Source: Sphyrna mokarran (Eukaryota). From it: a stretch of 64,000 nucleotides of DNA. The DNA lies in the NCBI GenBank assembly GCA_024679065.1, contig JAGIQG010000009.1, forward strand, positions 36,704,001 to 36,768,000, read 5' to 3'. This document shows, piece by piece, positions 28,201-40,080 of this stretch. How positions within the stretch are numbered: position 1 is the stretch's first letter; the number at the start of each line of letters is the position of its first letter. The position numbers and the translations under genes are program-made. The notes beneath the pieces were generated by a model that was not told the origin of the DNA, did not search any database, and saw only the letters and a program-made list of their open reading frames with translations.

Positions 28201-31200
28201 ATAGGTTTTCCCTTTGAAAGAAAGCTGAATTGCTGATGCCATGGGGCTATTTTTTTTGTCCATTCATGGGGCACAGGCATCACTGGCTAGGCCAGCATTT
28301 GTTGCCTATCCATAATTGCCCTTGAGGGGCAGTTAAGAATCAAACATCAGGTAAGGACTGTGATTTCTTTCCTAACAGGCATTAATAAACCAGATGGATT
28401 CTTAACAACAATTGACATGGTTTCATGGTCATTACTTTTAATTCCAGATTTTTTATTGAATTCAAATTTCATCATCTATCATGGTGGAATTCAAATACAG
28501 GTCACCAGATCTTGCTCTGGGTTCCGGATTACTAGTTCAGTGACAATATCACTATTGCCACTGCCTCCCCTAATAATTATATTATCATATTCATGAAATA
28601 CTAAATTCCTACAGGTAAAGGACAACCCATTTGTAGACACTGTCTTTTGTTATCCATTTCAATCTATTTTATTCATGGCTGAAGATATATGCCCCGAGTT
28701 AGCAATCTCAGCAAGAATCCTGAGACCTATATAATTGATAGGAAGAAAGCTATATTAGGAATTGGAATTTATGGAGATAATCATTGTCATCTAACCTCTA
28801 TTGCTGGAGTTCACAATGTTTTGCCTGAGAGGCTGGATGGATACTGATACTGGATACAACAGAAACAAAGTTTAAAAGTATCCTGAGAAAGGTGAAAAGG
28901 AAAACCTACAGGAAAGAAACTGTTTTGAGCAACAACAGAATTACGGCTATATTATAGAAAAATCAGAAATGGATTTTAAACCATAAAGGGATAAGGGATT
29001 TATGCTCTAGGATGAGAATTTTAATGAATTCTGGAGGCAAGAAAAGCATGAATGAGGAATTCAGCAAGTGAGAAGAGTTACAGATATGGGAATAGGCAAT
29101 CTTAGTGCTGAAAACTCAGCTCAGGGTTGAACAGGATATTACATTTTTGAACAGTAGCACAGTCAGAAATAAAATTATTAAGGAGTCCAAAGAAGAAGAA
29201 TGTTTTCTGTGGAAATTGCTGCTCCTTCAAAATTGATTGGCAGACAAGCTGTCTCTGAGAAACATTAGAGTGCAGAGCAATAATGGGGAAATGGAGCTAG
29301 GTGTTAATAATGTGTATGGAATCTGACCTCCATATCTGGATGTCACCAAAGGGTGACATGCTAATAAGGAGAGGACAAGAATAGATCCTTGGAGTATTCC
29401 AAAATGAATTTAGATGCTGTAATTACAACTAGAGATAGGTGAGTATGGAATCAACTTTATAAGTCTGAATATCAGAGGAGAGGAAGTTTAGGAGGGTGAT
29501 GTCATTGATCGTTTTAAAACCTATCAATTGATCAAGAAAATAATGCACTACAGACTCTCAAACATTATTCATCATTGGTTAGGAATGTTTCAGTTGAGAG
29601 AAGAAATGAGTGGTAAGAAATAGATGGAGGTTATCTGGAGATAATATCCTGTTGGTGATCAGTACATTGAGGATATGTAGATATTATGGGAGATGATGAG
29701 ATAATAGGAATGGCCTGGATGAATAGGAGAGCTTGTTTGGAGGGAGTTGTTTGGGGAGGACAGATCAAAGGAATTGGGATGGAGATTAAAGTCTGTCAGT
29801 GAGGAAGAAGATAAAGGATAACATGGGATAGGATTTAGATGGGCTAATTACAGCAGTTATGAGAGCTTATATTCTCCAAGTAAGAGGAATAGGTGCCAAA
29901 AGAGTAGGAAATATGCCAAAATACAATTTGGTAAACTGAATCTAAAAAAGAATAGAAAAACAGTAACCATCAAAATGAAGAAAGTAAGTGAAATAAAGCA
30001 AATGAAAATTAGATATGAAGACGAAAAAATGAGTTGAAAGAAATAAAACTTTGACATGTGATTTTTTTGTAAACTTAAGATTGAAACAAGTTTATTTCTA
30101 TCTTTCTAGATTTTCACCTTAGTTATTTAGTGACCAAATTTAGTTTTCGCAGATGTTAAATTTCTATCCATGATCATGTGATCAACAAAATTGAAATTGT
30201 GGAAATAATTTCTTTTAGGATTACTTTTTTGATTCAAAAATCCTAACTGATGGGGAGTTGGCACCAAATGATAGATGTTGTCGTATCTGTGGAAAAATTG
30301 GACATTACATGAAAGACTGCCCAAAAAGGAGGAGGTAAGTATCAGTTTGCATTTATATACTTCCTTTCTCATCTTTGGATGATCTCAACTCATTTCACAA
30401 CCTATTGATTAGTTTTGAAGTGCATAGAAACAAGATCACAAAAAAAATTAGATCAATGAAGATAGCAAGCAGAAAGAGGCTCAGGGAAGACCTAAGAACA
30501 AGGTTGGCCTAGATACTGCTGCACTTCTGGTAAGTGCAGCAGTATCTAGGATTCCTAATGCCAGACAAAATTCAACTTTTCATCAAAACATAACCATTCT
30601 GATATGTCATGTTCCTTTAGAGCAGCAGTGAAGGGTCAGACTGGATTACGTGTTCTAACCCTGGAATTTGAACCCACATTTTTTGACTTGGGTGAGGTTT
30701 CTACCACTGAGACAAACTGACACATTGAATTATTGAAAAAGTTTTCAACATGATTATTTGATCTAAGAAATGCCCTTTTCAATACACTTTGGCCAGACTG
30801 TAATCAAGGCTGTACGTGACCAGCAGCACGCTTAGAGTTTTCTCTCAAAAATGTTATTATGTTTCTTTTCTCGCTCTCCATTTTCTTCCCACTCTTCTTT
30901 CCCTCATTTATCTTCCCTGATGATGATAAGAACATAATTCTGATTTTCATTAAATAGTTTGCATCAGTTAGTTTTGACATTTTATTATGAATACTGCAGT
31001 ACTCGATGAAAAACTGCCAGAAACCTGGATGATCACTCCTTTTTGGTGCTCTTTTGATATTTAAAGTTTTCAAAACCTGTTCATAACCTCAGTTAATATT
31101 GGGATAAGTAATAACCCTAAATTTATCCTTGCTATCATTTTTAATTAAAGGATTGCAATATTGACTAGATATATTTTGTGTTAAGAATGAAGAAGAAAGA

Positions 31201-34200
31201 AAATGAGAAAGACGAAGAGAAGGATTCAAAGGAGGAAGAAAAAGAACTAAGAGAAAAACGATGCTTTATCTGTGGTGACACTGGTCATATGAGAAGAGAC
31301 TGTCCAGAATACAGAACAACCCGACCAAGGAACAGCACTGTATCTGGTAAATAAACTAATTGGTTGGAGGAAAGAGAAGTATCTCTATTTTACCATTCTG
31401 CCATTTTTGTACATGCTAAGAAACATTTGTTTCTATTCCCACAAAATCTTCAAGAAAATGTATTTTGCGATACAGTTATTCAATGATGCTGTGCATTGAT
31501 GCGAAGAAGAATTAAGTAAACTTGTCCCTATAATTCTGCTGTTTAAATGTCCAATCTTCATAGTATTACCAAGGAAGATGAAATCATTGTTCTTTTCCAA
31601 GAGGGATAGAAAGTTGAAGAATGAGTCATTCCAGAATGCTTTCTCACTTTTATGAAATTCTTTAAAAACCATAAATTTTATATATATATACAATGCTGTA
31701 AAGTAATAAAACCTCAAGTTGCTAAATAGAAGGTAGGCATCGAGCAATGGGGAAGTGTTAGAAATTGTGGACTAAAGCATGACTGAAATAATAGCTTATT
31801 AAATGTGGGGCTGAGGAGTTTAGGAAATTCTGGAATTATATTGCACAAGAATTGCTGGTCTCTATTATCTGTCCTTATCCCAAGGATGTTACCATGATGA
31901 TTTTTTGGCATCACCAAAATAGCTAGCAACACCCCTTCTTTAAAAAGCTTATTCTGGATTGCCCTGTGTTCTCCAACTATGGCACATCTCTAACAATTCA
32001 TGTTATAATCCCCATAGAGACTGATAACTTTTAAAAGAAATTTAAACATCCAGTTAATAGCGGAAAGAATGGAACATCAAGATGACAGAACAAGATGTCA
32101 TATTTCAAAACCTTTACTGCAACAAATGACTAAAGCACCATTAAATAAACACTATTTTTATTGGCAACTTGTACTTCAAACTGCAGAAGGGAATACCATC
32201 CCTCCCTTTCTTATTTTTAGTCCAACTGAAACAGCACAGTTCACAGATATATTTTATACTATTCTTTCAATTTTCACAGAATCAATCCTGAGCATTAATT
32301 CCTATTCTGTTCTTTTCATAGCCTAGTAAATTGTGATTCTAGAACTATCTTGCACCATGAGATTTTCTTTTTAAGGAAACTCTTCCTTAGCCTAAGCTAG
32401 GTGACTTCCAATCTTGTTTTAACTCCACATAATTTTAGTTGTTTCAGTCTGAGCAGAGGCTTCCACCTTTCCTACACGGCAAGCCATAAAGATCTCCATC
32501 AGCTCCCTTTCTCCCAGATCCAGATTCTCTCTGTTTTACCTTAAACTAAAGACAGAGTTCTAAGTGATAAAAATCTTGTCAACTTCATGATTGTAACATG
32601 TTGCATACCCAGCAGTTCCCAAATATGTTATTGTCATCCAACTTGGTGCAGCTTCTCCTGTCGCTTCCTGTTTGAATCTCTTCAATCCTGCTTTTAACTG
32701 ATCCATGTTACAGAGATGGCCTTGGTCATTGTTAACAATTAATAAGCAAACCTTGTTTCTCCTTGATCTTTCACTGTAGTCTTTGACATCATTAGCCATT
32801 CTATTTTCCAGCTAAGTAATTCCATTCATAGTTTTATAATGCAAGAATTGAACTTCCTGGCTTATATGTAACTTGGCAGTGATGCATTTTCCCACTAAAT
32901 CTTTAGGGGATAAACAGATTACAGTTCAATTAATCCTTTGTCAACAAATCTAGAAATTAATCTCCATATTTAAAGGGGATGGTAATTGTGCATGGAGAAG
33001 TTCAGGATAATTGGGTACATACACTACATATATTGAAATATCCTGGACAGGTTGATGTACTATTTTAGAGCTTGAGATCTTTGTACAGTGGAGTGGTGAT
33101 ACGTTAATTGAATTGCTGTGCTCTGCATGGCAGGTCCCCAATCTCAATATGACAGCATATGAACTGGCAACAAGCCAGGCATATCCCAGCAGTGAAAAAG
33201 AGAAATCTGAAGACCCCTGAACAGTGTTAATAACACTCTTTATTGTTGATGTTATTAACGCATGGTTCAACACATCTTTTTTTCTTAGGGAAGGCTGTGT
33301 AGTTCAGACAAGATGGTGTAGGAAGGCAAGACTTAAGTAGAAAATGAAGGAGCAATTAGAAAAGGAAAGAAGCATCAAGTAATTAAAGCCTCAAGAATTC
33401 AGTAGTAACAATATCATTTATTGTTGAATAATACTTTCTAACTATTGTGTTTGGTATCTGACAAAGGTTTTATTTTTTGTCCTAAAGTTCCTCAGGTTAC
33501 TCGAAATATCACAAACATACAGACTGTTGCATCTTCCCAGCCATCAGCATCACATTCAGGGCATCAACAGGATTTCCCACAACGTTCTAGACAACCGTCC
33601 GAATGTGTGAGTTATTTGTTTCTGGTTCTTTCATAAAGTACTGCAGTTGCATAGGGCTTTCTCCAGCATAGAAGACTCTACATAAATATTGCCATTTGCA
33701 ACTTTTGTCTGAAAAACATTTTTCAATGCTTGACACCCTGGACAAAGCCCTGGTTGTAACTGAGCTGAGATTATCAATGTTATATGGTAATTAATATGAC
33801 ATATATAGAAATCTCTGTATTTACAGCTAAACAGTTGTAGTAACATATTTGTATTTGAAAATGGTATATCAGATAAATTTTTTAACACTATTATCACTTT
33901 CCCCACCCTTCCCACACACAATATTTTGTAAGTTATTTCCTCCCCCTTAAAGCATGGTTTAGTGAAAGAATGCTAGAAATTGGAAATCCAGTAACTTGCA
34001 GCAATAGTCTGTCTCATTGCTTTTTTGTTTCTAATTTTCAGTCAGAACCACATCAGACGCCTCCTTATTCTCCTCAAACTGCACATCAGCAATTAACACC
34101 AAATTCATCTCAAACAACTTCTGTTTCTCATCCACAGACCCAACAAACTGCTTCTCAAAATAAGCTTGCACAGACACTTGCTCAGCCAACCCATCAGGTT

Positions 34201-36898
34201 CAGTTGCCCATATTTCCATATCCTCAGCCTCACCCAGGTCAGTATTCCAATCTGCACTCCCTGGGTTTGCTACAGTCACACCAACCACAACATCAGGTTC
34301 AAATGCCCACTAACTCTTGGCCTGCAGTCCTTCACTCTGCATCTGGTAACCATCCCAACATTACTTTTCCAATGCGGTCTAGCAGCAACACAGCTAATCC
34401 GAATAATATGAATCTCAATGATCCTAGTATCATCTTTGCTCAGCCTGCTGCCAGGCCTATGGGTATCTCCAACACTCCTCACGATGGACAGTGGCACAAT
34501 CACATGACTCGCAGCACACTAGTGGGAAATGGCACTCTGGGAGCTTCAGGTATATTTCTTTTTCTCATTATATTAATATGTAACTATTATTCTTCTAATA
34601 TGTAATGGACATGCTTAAATGTAATTTTATAGATCTTTTAACAGTTTTTAGTATGTGTGCTTATATTTTTTGTCAGATGTTATCGAGCAAAAACGTATTC
34701 CCTTTATGATCAGATGGCAAAGGACAATGAGCTGAAAGATTATCAAATAAAATAATAAATGAGCCTAAAGATACAGTTTGTGGTAAACTCCAGAAGATGT
34801 CCAACCTGTGCTGAATTGGCTAATTTTTGGTCAGGAAAATATTAGGTGCTACAGTTGCCCTCAGAAACTGGCTGGCCCTTTGCCCTTTCTGCGCCATATG
34901 TCAGGTGAAGATAGGATTGATTCAGTATCTTGTTGATGCTGTCTACTTGATGTGTAAAGGATGGCCACTGTCAGCTTACTGGCACCTGTAGAATCAGAAA
35001 GATTGAAAGAGAAAGGAAGCAAATGAATTAATCATGCTTTGAGGAGAAGATGTGATTTTGTCTCATACAGAAACAGAGCACAAAAAGCAGCAAAGTACTT
35101 CCCGTATAATTGAATATTTTGGAAATATTTTGTAACTCAGATTATAAAAGTATAAATTACACACAAGTACCTATAGTTTGTCACCAATACTTATTTCATA
35201 AAAAATAAACTAGTGAAAAAGATAGAGATCAACTTCACAATCTTTGTGTATTGCTTTTTGAATACTTTATGCCCAAGGGATCCTAGCAGTAAAACACCTT
35301 GTGATGATTATTTTTAATTCTCCAAAATTAGCATCAACAGAAACAAAAAAAACTTGATAAAAGATTCTATGCTATTTTTGAAGGTTAATTTAGCCTGTAA
35401 TTTGCCTCTTCCTCTTCCCCTCTTTTTTCTATCCTAAGTAAGCATGTTTATATTTATTTTGAAAGTTAATCATCAGTAATAGCACTTTTTAATTCATTTT
35501 TATTGATAGGAATAAATTCTCATTAAACTCTCTGCGCTGTTTTTTCTTAAATGTCTATTGTGTTAATATTTTGCTCATACTTCTGACAGAATGTTGTTTT
35601 TAACTATGTTGGTGATGTAAAGTAAGTACATCTTGCAACAAAACATGTTGACAAGCTACCCTGCTACAAGGTTAAATATGTTATTACAGAGGAAAATAAT
35701 ACTATGGAAGAGTTACATACCACCCAGTTTGCAAATGGGACAAAAGAATGCACTTTATAGGCTTCTTAATGTTAATTTTAAGCAATCATGTCTTACAACA
35801 AACATTTGACTTTTTTTCCTCCACGGAAACGTAGATCAAAGGTTTCAGGGACAATTTGCAAAACTAAATCCTCCACCCATACCTTGGGAGCATCATCCTC
35901 TTCCTCATTTTCAAGCACCGTGGCCTTACAGAATGCCTCAGAACTTCATTCAGCAGGGAAATACGAACTATCCTCAGCAGAACAAATCCTACTATTCTCA
36001 AGGTACCAATAACAGCAAGCCATTCTGATCAGGTTTAACTATTGCAGAGTGATATGGCAGGTAAATATAGGAGTCTTACTTCTCACTTTATATGTATCCC
36101 CTTGTTGTAAATGGTTTTGAGAACAGGAAGTATACCCTACATTTAATGGACTTCGTGTACATTCCACTCAAATAGGCCATGGAAAGCCAAGAACTTTTCA
36201 TGTTAAATCACAAGCATCAAATCTGTATCCAGGATTTTATGAATTATAGAAATTGTTTCTACGACTAAATGGATGATAATCCTTAAATGCATTGGTTCTG
36301 TTCTCTTTCTTTCATCCAATTAATCCAGCCTTTCTGTGATTTAGTGCAGAATACTGAAAATGTACTGATAAATTGTGATGTGGAAGTTTAATAAAAACAT
36401 GACCAACACCAAGCAGAAATAAGAGAACAGGGCATGGGAGTATCAAATCCCATGAAATCTGTAGTATTTTATAGATTGAACTAGGTTTTGCTGCTGGTTC
36501 ATTGGACAAAAGCATCATATAACTGAACCATACAGACCAGTAGGTGAAGATGGTACCTAACTTTACAACCAGCAAACTGAATTTCCCATCCAAATAATGG
36601 TGAGTTCCAGAAAACTTCTTTCACTTATGCAAAGCAACTTGCCTGCATCTGCAACAATTGACCTGCTGTCCCATTCACACTTAAGCAAAGTTTTCTTTAA
36701 ACATACTATTACAATTTTCAATTTGCTGGAAATGTGAATACAATGTTTACATTCTCACAATGTAGCTCTGACATTGGTGTATCTGTAAAACCTATAAATA
36801 TTGCTATTTTAACAGGTCCTACAATCCACAGTAACCAGCATTTTCCAATCATGCAACAAGGAAGAATACGGATGAATTACATTCAACAAAAGAAGTGA
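1091..36898 (+). CDS. TUT4: Terminal uridylyltransferase 4 (ZCCHC11), 3' portion; 21 coding exons in window, 5' exons lie upstream of the window
   Basis: Spliced exons join in frame. They give the end of the N-terminal (inactive) NTase/PAP-associated region, three CCHC zinc knuckles ([42 protein letters not shown]), the catalytic [13 protein letters not shown] motif, [17 protein letters not shown] and a Gln/Pro-rich tail ([14 protein letters not shown]) typical of TUT4 rather than TUT7. Neighbouring PRPF38A matches vertebrate synteny. Confidence 0.95.
1860..2090 (+). CDS. TUT4: TUT4 exon ([16 protein letters not shown]...KEKQGK)
   Basis: ctag acceptor, gtaagt donor; overlaps ORF 1875..2177. 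Confidence 0.9.
2906..3080 (+). CDS. TUT4: TUT4 exon ([26 protein letters not shown]...WPKRRIAIE), PAP-associated domain 1
   Basis: cttag acceptor, gtgagg donor; conserved motif. Confidence 0.92.
3125..3333 (-). mobile_element. tRNA-derived SINE, 5'-truncated
   Basis: ttaacactgcagtgaagttactgtgaaaat..gggaggaaactggagcacccggagaaaacccac. Confidence 0.75.
4133..4308. mobile_element. Penelope-like pseudo-LTR remnant, inverted pair (same family as 61473)
   Basis: gagatgccagcattggactg...caacaccag...ctttcggagcactgctgcttcattag followed by cacctgatgaagg...ggtgttgcgagatttcttactgt. Confidence 0.6.
4899..5716 (+). CDS. TUT4: TUT4 large linker exon ([16 protein letters not shown]...[12 protein letters not shown]), GC donor
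   Basis: ctag acceptor; ORF 4934..5809; ends AAG|gcaagt, in frame with the next exon PPTIVC. Confidence 0.88.
7920..8070 (+). CDS. TUT4: TUT4 exon, zinc knuckle 1 ([23 protein letters not shown]...)
   Basis: ttcag acceptor, gtaagt donor; CCHC motif. Confidence 0.93.
11752..11832 (+). CDS. TUT4: TUT4 exon ([27 protein letters not shown])
   Basis: cttag acceptor, gtaatt donor; phase-compatible with neighbours. Confidence 0.88.
12690..14010 (+). mobile_element. Decayed CR1-like LINE with ORF1 esterase (SGNH-like) remnant and 3' fragment
   Basis: [14 protein letters not shown] resembles the CR1 ORF1 VVGDSIIRG motif; CR1 3' tail near 13850-14010. Confidence 0.55.
14282..14385 (+). CDS. TUT4: TUT4 catalytic exon ([34 protein letters not shown])
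   Basis: Pol-beta-type GS...DxD nucleotidyltransferase motif; acag acceptor, gtgaga donor. Confidence 0.95.
14764..17090. mobile_element. Terminal-inverted-repeat element containing an unidentified ~1.6-kb insert
   Basis: aggacagaatttt (14764) versus aaaatcctatcct (17078-17090), 11/13 inverted match. Confidence 0.4.
18547..18604 (+). CDS. TUT4: TUT4 exon ([19 protein letters not shown])
   Basis: ttacag acceptor, gtaagt donor. Confidence 0.92.
19678..19781 (+). CDS. TUT4: TUT4 exon ([35 protein letters not shown])
   Basis: atag acceptor, gtaagg donor; third catalytic Asp (GDIS). Confidence 0.94.
20005..20094 (+). CDS. TUT4: TUT4 exon ([30 protein letters not shown])
   Basis: atag acceptor, gtaaat donor. 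Confidence 0.94.
21572..21705 (-). mobile_element. Penelope-like pseudo-LTR fragment
   Basis: aaatctgaaataaaa..aaaatgctggaaatact..cagcatttgtggagcgaaa resembles the ends of the 42385-43335 element. Confidence 0.45.
22292..22405 (+). CDS. TUT4: TUT4 exon ([38 protein letters not shown])
   Basis: atag acceptor, gtgagt donor; GSLSSY motif. Confidence 0.94.
22560..22845 (-). mobile_element. Older tRNA-headed SINE family (related copies ~1380-1672, 28260-28570, 51900-52090)
   Basis: ggtgggatttgaacccgg..ctggattattagtccagtgacaatgccact is a reverse-strand tRNA-like head; catttattgcccatccct tail. Confidence 0.6.
24187..24264 (+). CDS. TUT4: TUT4 exon ([26 protein letters not shown])
   Basis: tgtag acceptor, gtaata donor. 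Confidence 0.92.
25254..25431 (+). CDS. TUT4: TUT4 exon ([40 protein letters not shown]...KCIAIE), PAP-associated domain 2
   Basis: ttag acceptor, gtatta donor. Confidence 0.93.
26088..26330 (+). mobile_element. tRNA-derived SINE (HE1-like) inserted in an older element
   Basis: gtggcacagtgattagca..cagggacccaggttcagttcc..gtgaagtttgcatgttctcccc. Confidence 0.8.
27334..27381 (+). CDS. TUT4: TUT4 exon ([16 protein letters not shown]), UTP-recognition His
   Basis: ttcag acceptor, gtaagt donor. Confidence 0.93.
27475..27557 (+). CDS. TUT4: TUT4 exon ([28 protein letters not shown])
   Basis: gcag acceptor, gtatgt donor. Confidence 0.92.
30219..30334 (+). CDS. TUT4: TUT4 exon, zinc knuckle 2 ([38 protein letters not shown])
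   Basis: tttag acceptor, gtaagt donor. Confidence 0.94.
31186..31346 (+). CDS. TUT4: TUT4 exon, zinc knuckle 3 ([11 protein letters not shown]...[18 protein letters not shown]...NSTVS)
   Basis: taag acceptor, gtaaat donor; CCHC motif. Confidence 0.9.
33488..33606 (+). CDS. TUT4: TUT4 exon ([12 protein letters not shown]...RSRQPSEC)
   Basis: aaag acceptor, gtgagt donor; resembles remembered human ..RTRQSSEC. Confidence 0.82.
34042..34549 (+). CDS. TUT4: TUT4 Gln/Pro-rich exon ([12 protein letters not shown]...[14 protein letters not shown]...GTLGAS)
   Basis: ttcag acceptor, gtatat donor; ORF 33970..34605. Confidence 0.9.
35835..36002 (+). CDS. TUT4: TUT4 exon ([20 protein letters not shown]...NKSYYSQ)
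   Basis: gtag acceptor, gtacca donor; PPIPWEH motif. Confidence 0.85.
36816..36898 (+). CDS. TUT4: TUT4 last coding exon ([27 protein letters not shown])
   Basis: aacag acceptor, phase 1, TGA at 36896-36898, followed by an AU-rich UTR-like stretch and AATAAA. Confidence 0.72.
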
Positions 36899-37314
36899 CT
36901 TAAAAAGAAATCCACACCATGATATACAGTTACTGATCCTTAATTACTTGGGAAGGGGGAGCAGGAAATTATTTTAAGACTTTTTTTAAACTGTATGATT
37001 TGTACATAGACCAAACCTGATTGTAATTTTTACTAGTTTTTTTGTTGTGATGCATCACAATGTGACTTATGATACAGATCACATCTATTTTAATGCCTCC
37101 CATTTTTGAAGGTGGGGCAAAATCATTTTTTTGTTTGAAGCTGATGGAACTGTAAAAAAAAGCTTTTAAAAAAAACTGGATTTATTTTCTCTTTGTTGTA
37201 TTCATACTTTGGCTGCCTCAGACTTTGTATATGGTTCTTAAAAAAAGAAAATATGGTTTAAAGATGGTCAGCTGTATTCAGAGCAAAAGTATATAGTGCC
37301 AAATGCCTTTTAAA

Positions 37315-37320
37315 AATAAA
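37315..37320 (+). terminator. Candidate TUT4 polyadenylation signal AATAAA
   Basis: AATAAA ~420 nt after the stop, with a T-rich downstream stretch. Confidence 0.5.
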
Positions 37321-38884
37321 CTGTAGCTTTTTAAAAACTTGGTATTTTATTATAATTGTTGCCTTTGGACTGCCAAAGCTTAGTGCACAAAGCCTGTAAT
37401 AGGATCAGTTTAATTAATTCTGTATTTAATTTATCAACAACAAAAAACATTACAAATGTTTGAGGCTCTCCTGCAAACAGCAGTTGATATTAGTTCAGTT
37501 TTTAATTTTAAAGTCTGAGATTAACAGAATTTCATTAACCAAAGGTATTGAGGGTTATGGGTAAAGTGGGTGTGTGGAGTTAGTTCACAGATCAGGCGTG
37601 CTTTCGTTGCACGGAGAAAGGGAGTAAAATGATTGTTCCTGAGTTCCTCAACTGATGAACTGAGTATCATATTGATCTTAAGGAATCCAATGCAGTAAAG
37701 CCTGTTGACTACAGACACCATAGGGACATAATAGGCATCTGCTACTTTTTTTTGCAGGTGATCCTATTTTCAAAATGGTTATTGTATAAACTATATAAAA
37801 AAATAGTTGAATGGGAAACCCTCTGTTCCTGGGATAGAGTTGTGGAAACATTCAACCCCAGGGATCCAGTTGTTTCTTTGGCACAATGTATGCTGGATAA
37901 AGAGCTCTCAGTTACACCAAAACTCTCATCTTGCACTGACTGGCATATCTTGATGTGGGAATTTGGTTACGGAAGGGAAGTAAGCTGCAAATAGAAGTGC
38001 ATGGGAACTCAAACTCTGAAAGTTCCAGATTAGTAGCTTTGCAAAGAGTGGCAGTCTTGGTTTTAAGTTGTAAAAGGACTGGTGTACTCATTCTTTGAGT
38101 GTGTCCATTTACACAGATTTCACTGCAACAACAAGTGTCCAGCTCTGTCTCCCAATTTTATCCTCTCTGTTTGGAAACTTCCTCTTCACGTCATTCCAAT
38201 ATGATTCCTAGCTTTTTTGATAGCATCAAACAGCCCTAACCAGTCACAAATGACTTTGTGATTTGTGACCATTATGCATTGTTCCTCCACAACTCTTCAG
38301 CAATGTTCAACACTGAACCATGTTATCCTGTTGCAACATCTCCACTATCATCCAGCATTTGGACTGATGTCCACAGCTAATCATATGAGTATAGGCAGTG
38401 CATCTTAAACCTTCTGTCTCTTGCAACTTAACCTGTTGAATTCCACAAAAATCTATTTTACCCGTTCCTTTCTTTAATTTACATTTTGTTGCAAAGTGAC
38501 ATTGTTAGCAATTTACGCTTTGATGACATCCATCTCTGTCTCTCCACAACTTCCTTCGTTTTCTGTCCCCGCCCCCCACCCCAACTGCTTCTTTGTTGTC
38601 AAACTACTTATTTAAAATTTTGGTTTTTGATGAGTCTGAATATATTTCTGTTAAACATCAGAAAGAACATCTTCAACCACCACCACAAAGTTTGCTATCT
38701 TTGATGACTCCATTCCTCTCTTTCACTAGTGCCTCAGGTTAAAGATGCCAAACTCCACGAGCCTGTCAAACACTTGAGCTGAATTTTCAACTCCATATCC
38801 TCTTCATCACAACACGTACTTCCATTTCCATAACAAAAAACTACTTTCCTCCTTACAAGGCATCTTTGAAATCTGCAAACTTGC

Positions 38885-39715
38885 CTTCATCTCTTCGGAA
38901 CTAAACCTAATGACCGCTTATTAAGATCATAGCTGAACTGGTAGTGGTCTCGACTCCCCTTTTCTGTCCGGTCCCCATAACCCTTGTCTATCAAAAGTCG
39001 ACCCAGCTCAGCCTTGAATAATTTCAATGACCCATGACCCAGCCTCCTCCTGACAGAAAACAAATTCACCTCAACTCCATCTTAAAAGGCAACCTCTTAT
39101 TTTTTGATTATGTCCCCCAGTTCTAATCTCCATAAGAGGAAACATCCTTCCTGTATTCATCCTATTGAATTCACTCAGCCCTTCATCCTACGTATGAGAC
39201 AAATGAACCTTATCTGAATTACTTTTAAGAAATTAAATCCAAAATTGTACATTGTATTCCAAAAGTGATCTCACCAATGCCTTGTACAACTGTTGCAAAA
39301 CTTCCCTACTTTTACATTCCATTCCCCTTGCAATAAAGACCTACTTTTCATTTGCTTTCCTAATCACTTACTGTACCTGCATGCTAATTTTGAGATTCAT
39401 GAACCAAACCAGTCAGACCCCTCTGTATTGCAAAGTTCCACAATCTTCATTTAAATAATATGCTGCTTTTCTGTTTGTCCTGAAGTGGACAAGTTCACAT
39501 TTTCCCACATTAGACTCTATCTACCAATTTTTTGCCAATTCACTTAACCTATCTATAACCCTTTGCAGACTTCTTATTTCCTTTCAACTTATTCTCCTGG
39601 TCATCTTGGTGTCATCAGAAACTGTAGTACCATACTTTTGGTCCCTTCATCCAAGTCATTAATATATCAACAGTTGAGACCTGGCATTGATCTTTGTGGC
39701 ATTCCATTAGTTACA
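38885..39715 (-). mobile_element. Decayed CR1-like LINE fragment
   Basis: Reverse-strand CR1 RT remnants (ORF 38887..39069; gtgtcatcagaaact, cccttcatccaagtcatt). Confidence 0.6.
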
Positions 39716-40080
39716 AATTGCTATTGCCTGTGAAATATTCTACAGAGACACTTTGACCATTTTATTACTCAAAACGTCTTCCCAGGTACTCCTAATTTAT
39801 GAGACAATTGAGGGCTATGTTTCACATTTAGTTTTATTAAAACACTTGCAAGTTGTAGGAACAACTCTTACACAATGTTAACTTTTCCCCAAACTAGGCT
39901 GACTACCCGAAGAACACAAATGCTACCCGCTGTAATAAATTTGACCAGGCTGTTTGATTCAGTTCACTAAGTTCGCGTCAATGGATGAACTCACAGTCTT
40001 CTTGGTACGAAAGCATATATCCTTCTTTCAAGATATGGTTCCAGGGAGCCTGCTGAAACTGGGGAATGCGCAAACATAAT

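Noticed and set aside
36943-36951. Possible miR-26 site in the TUT4 3'UTR
   Set aside because: The sequence is TACTTGG, not the required TACTTGA; no let-7 seed match was seen either.
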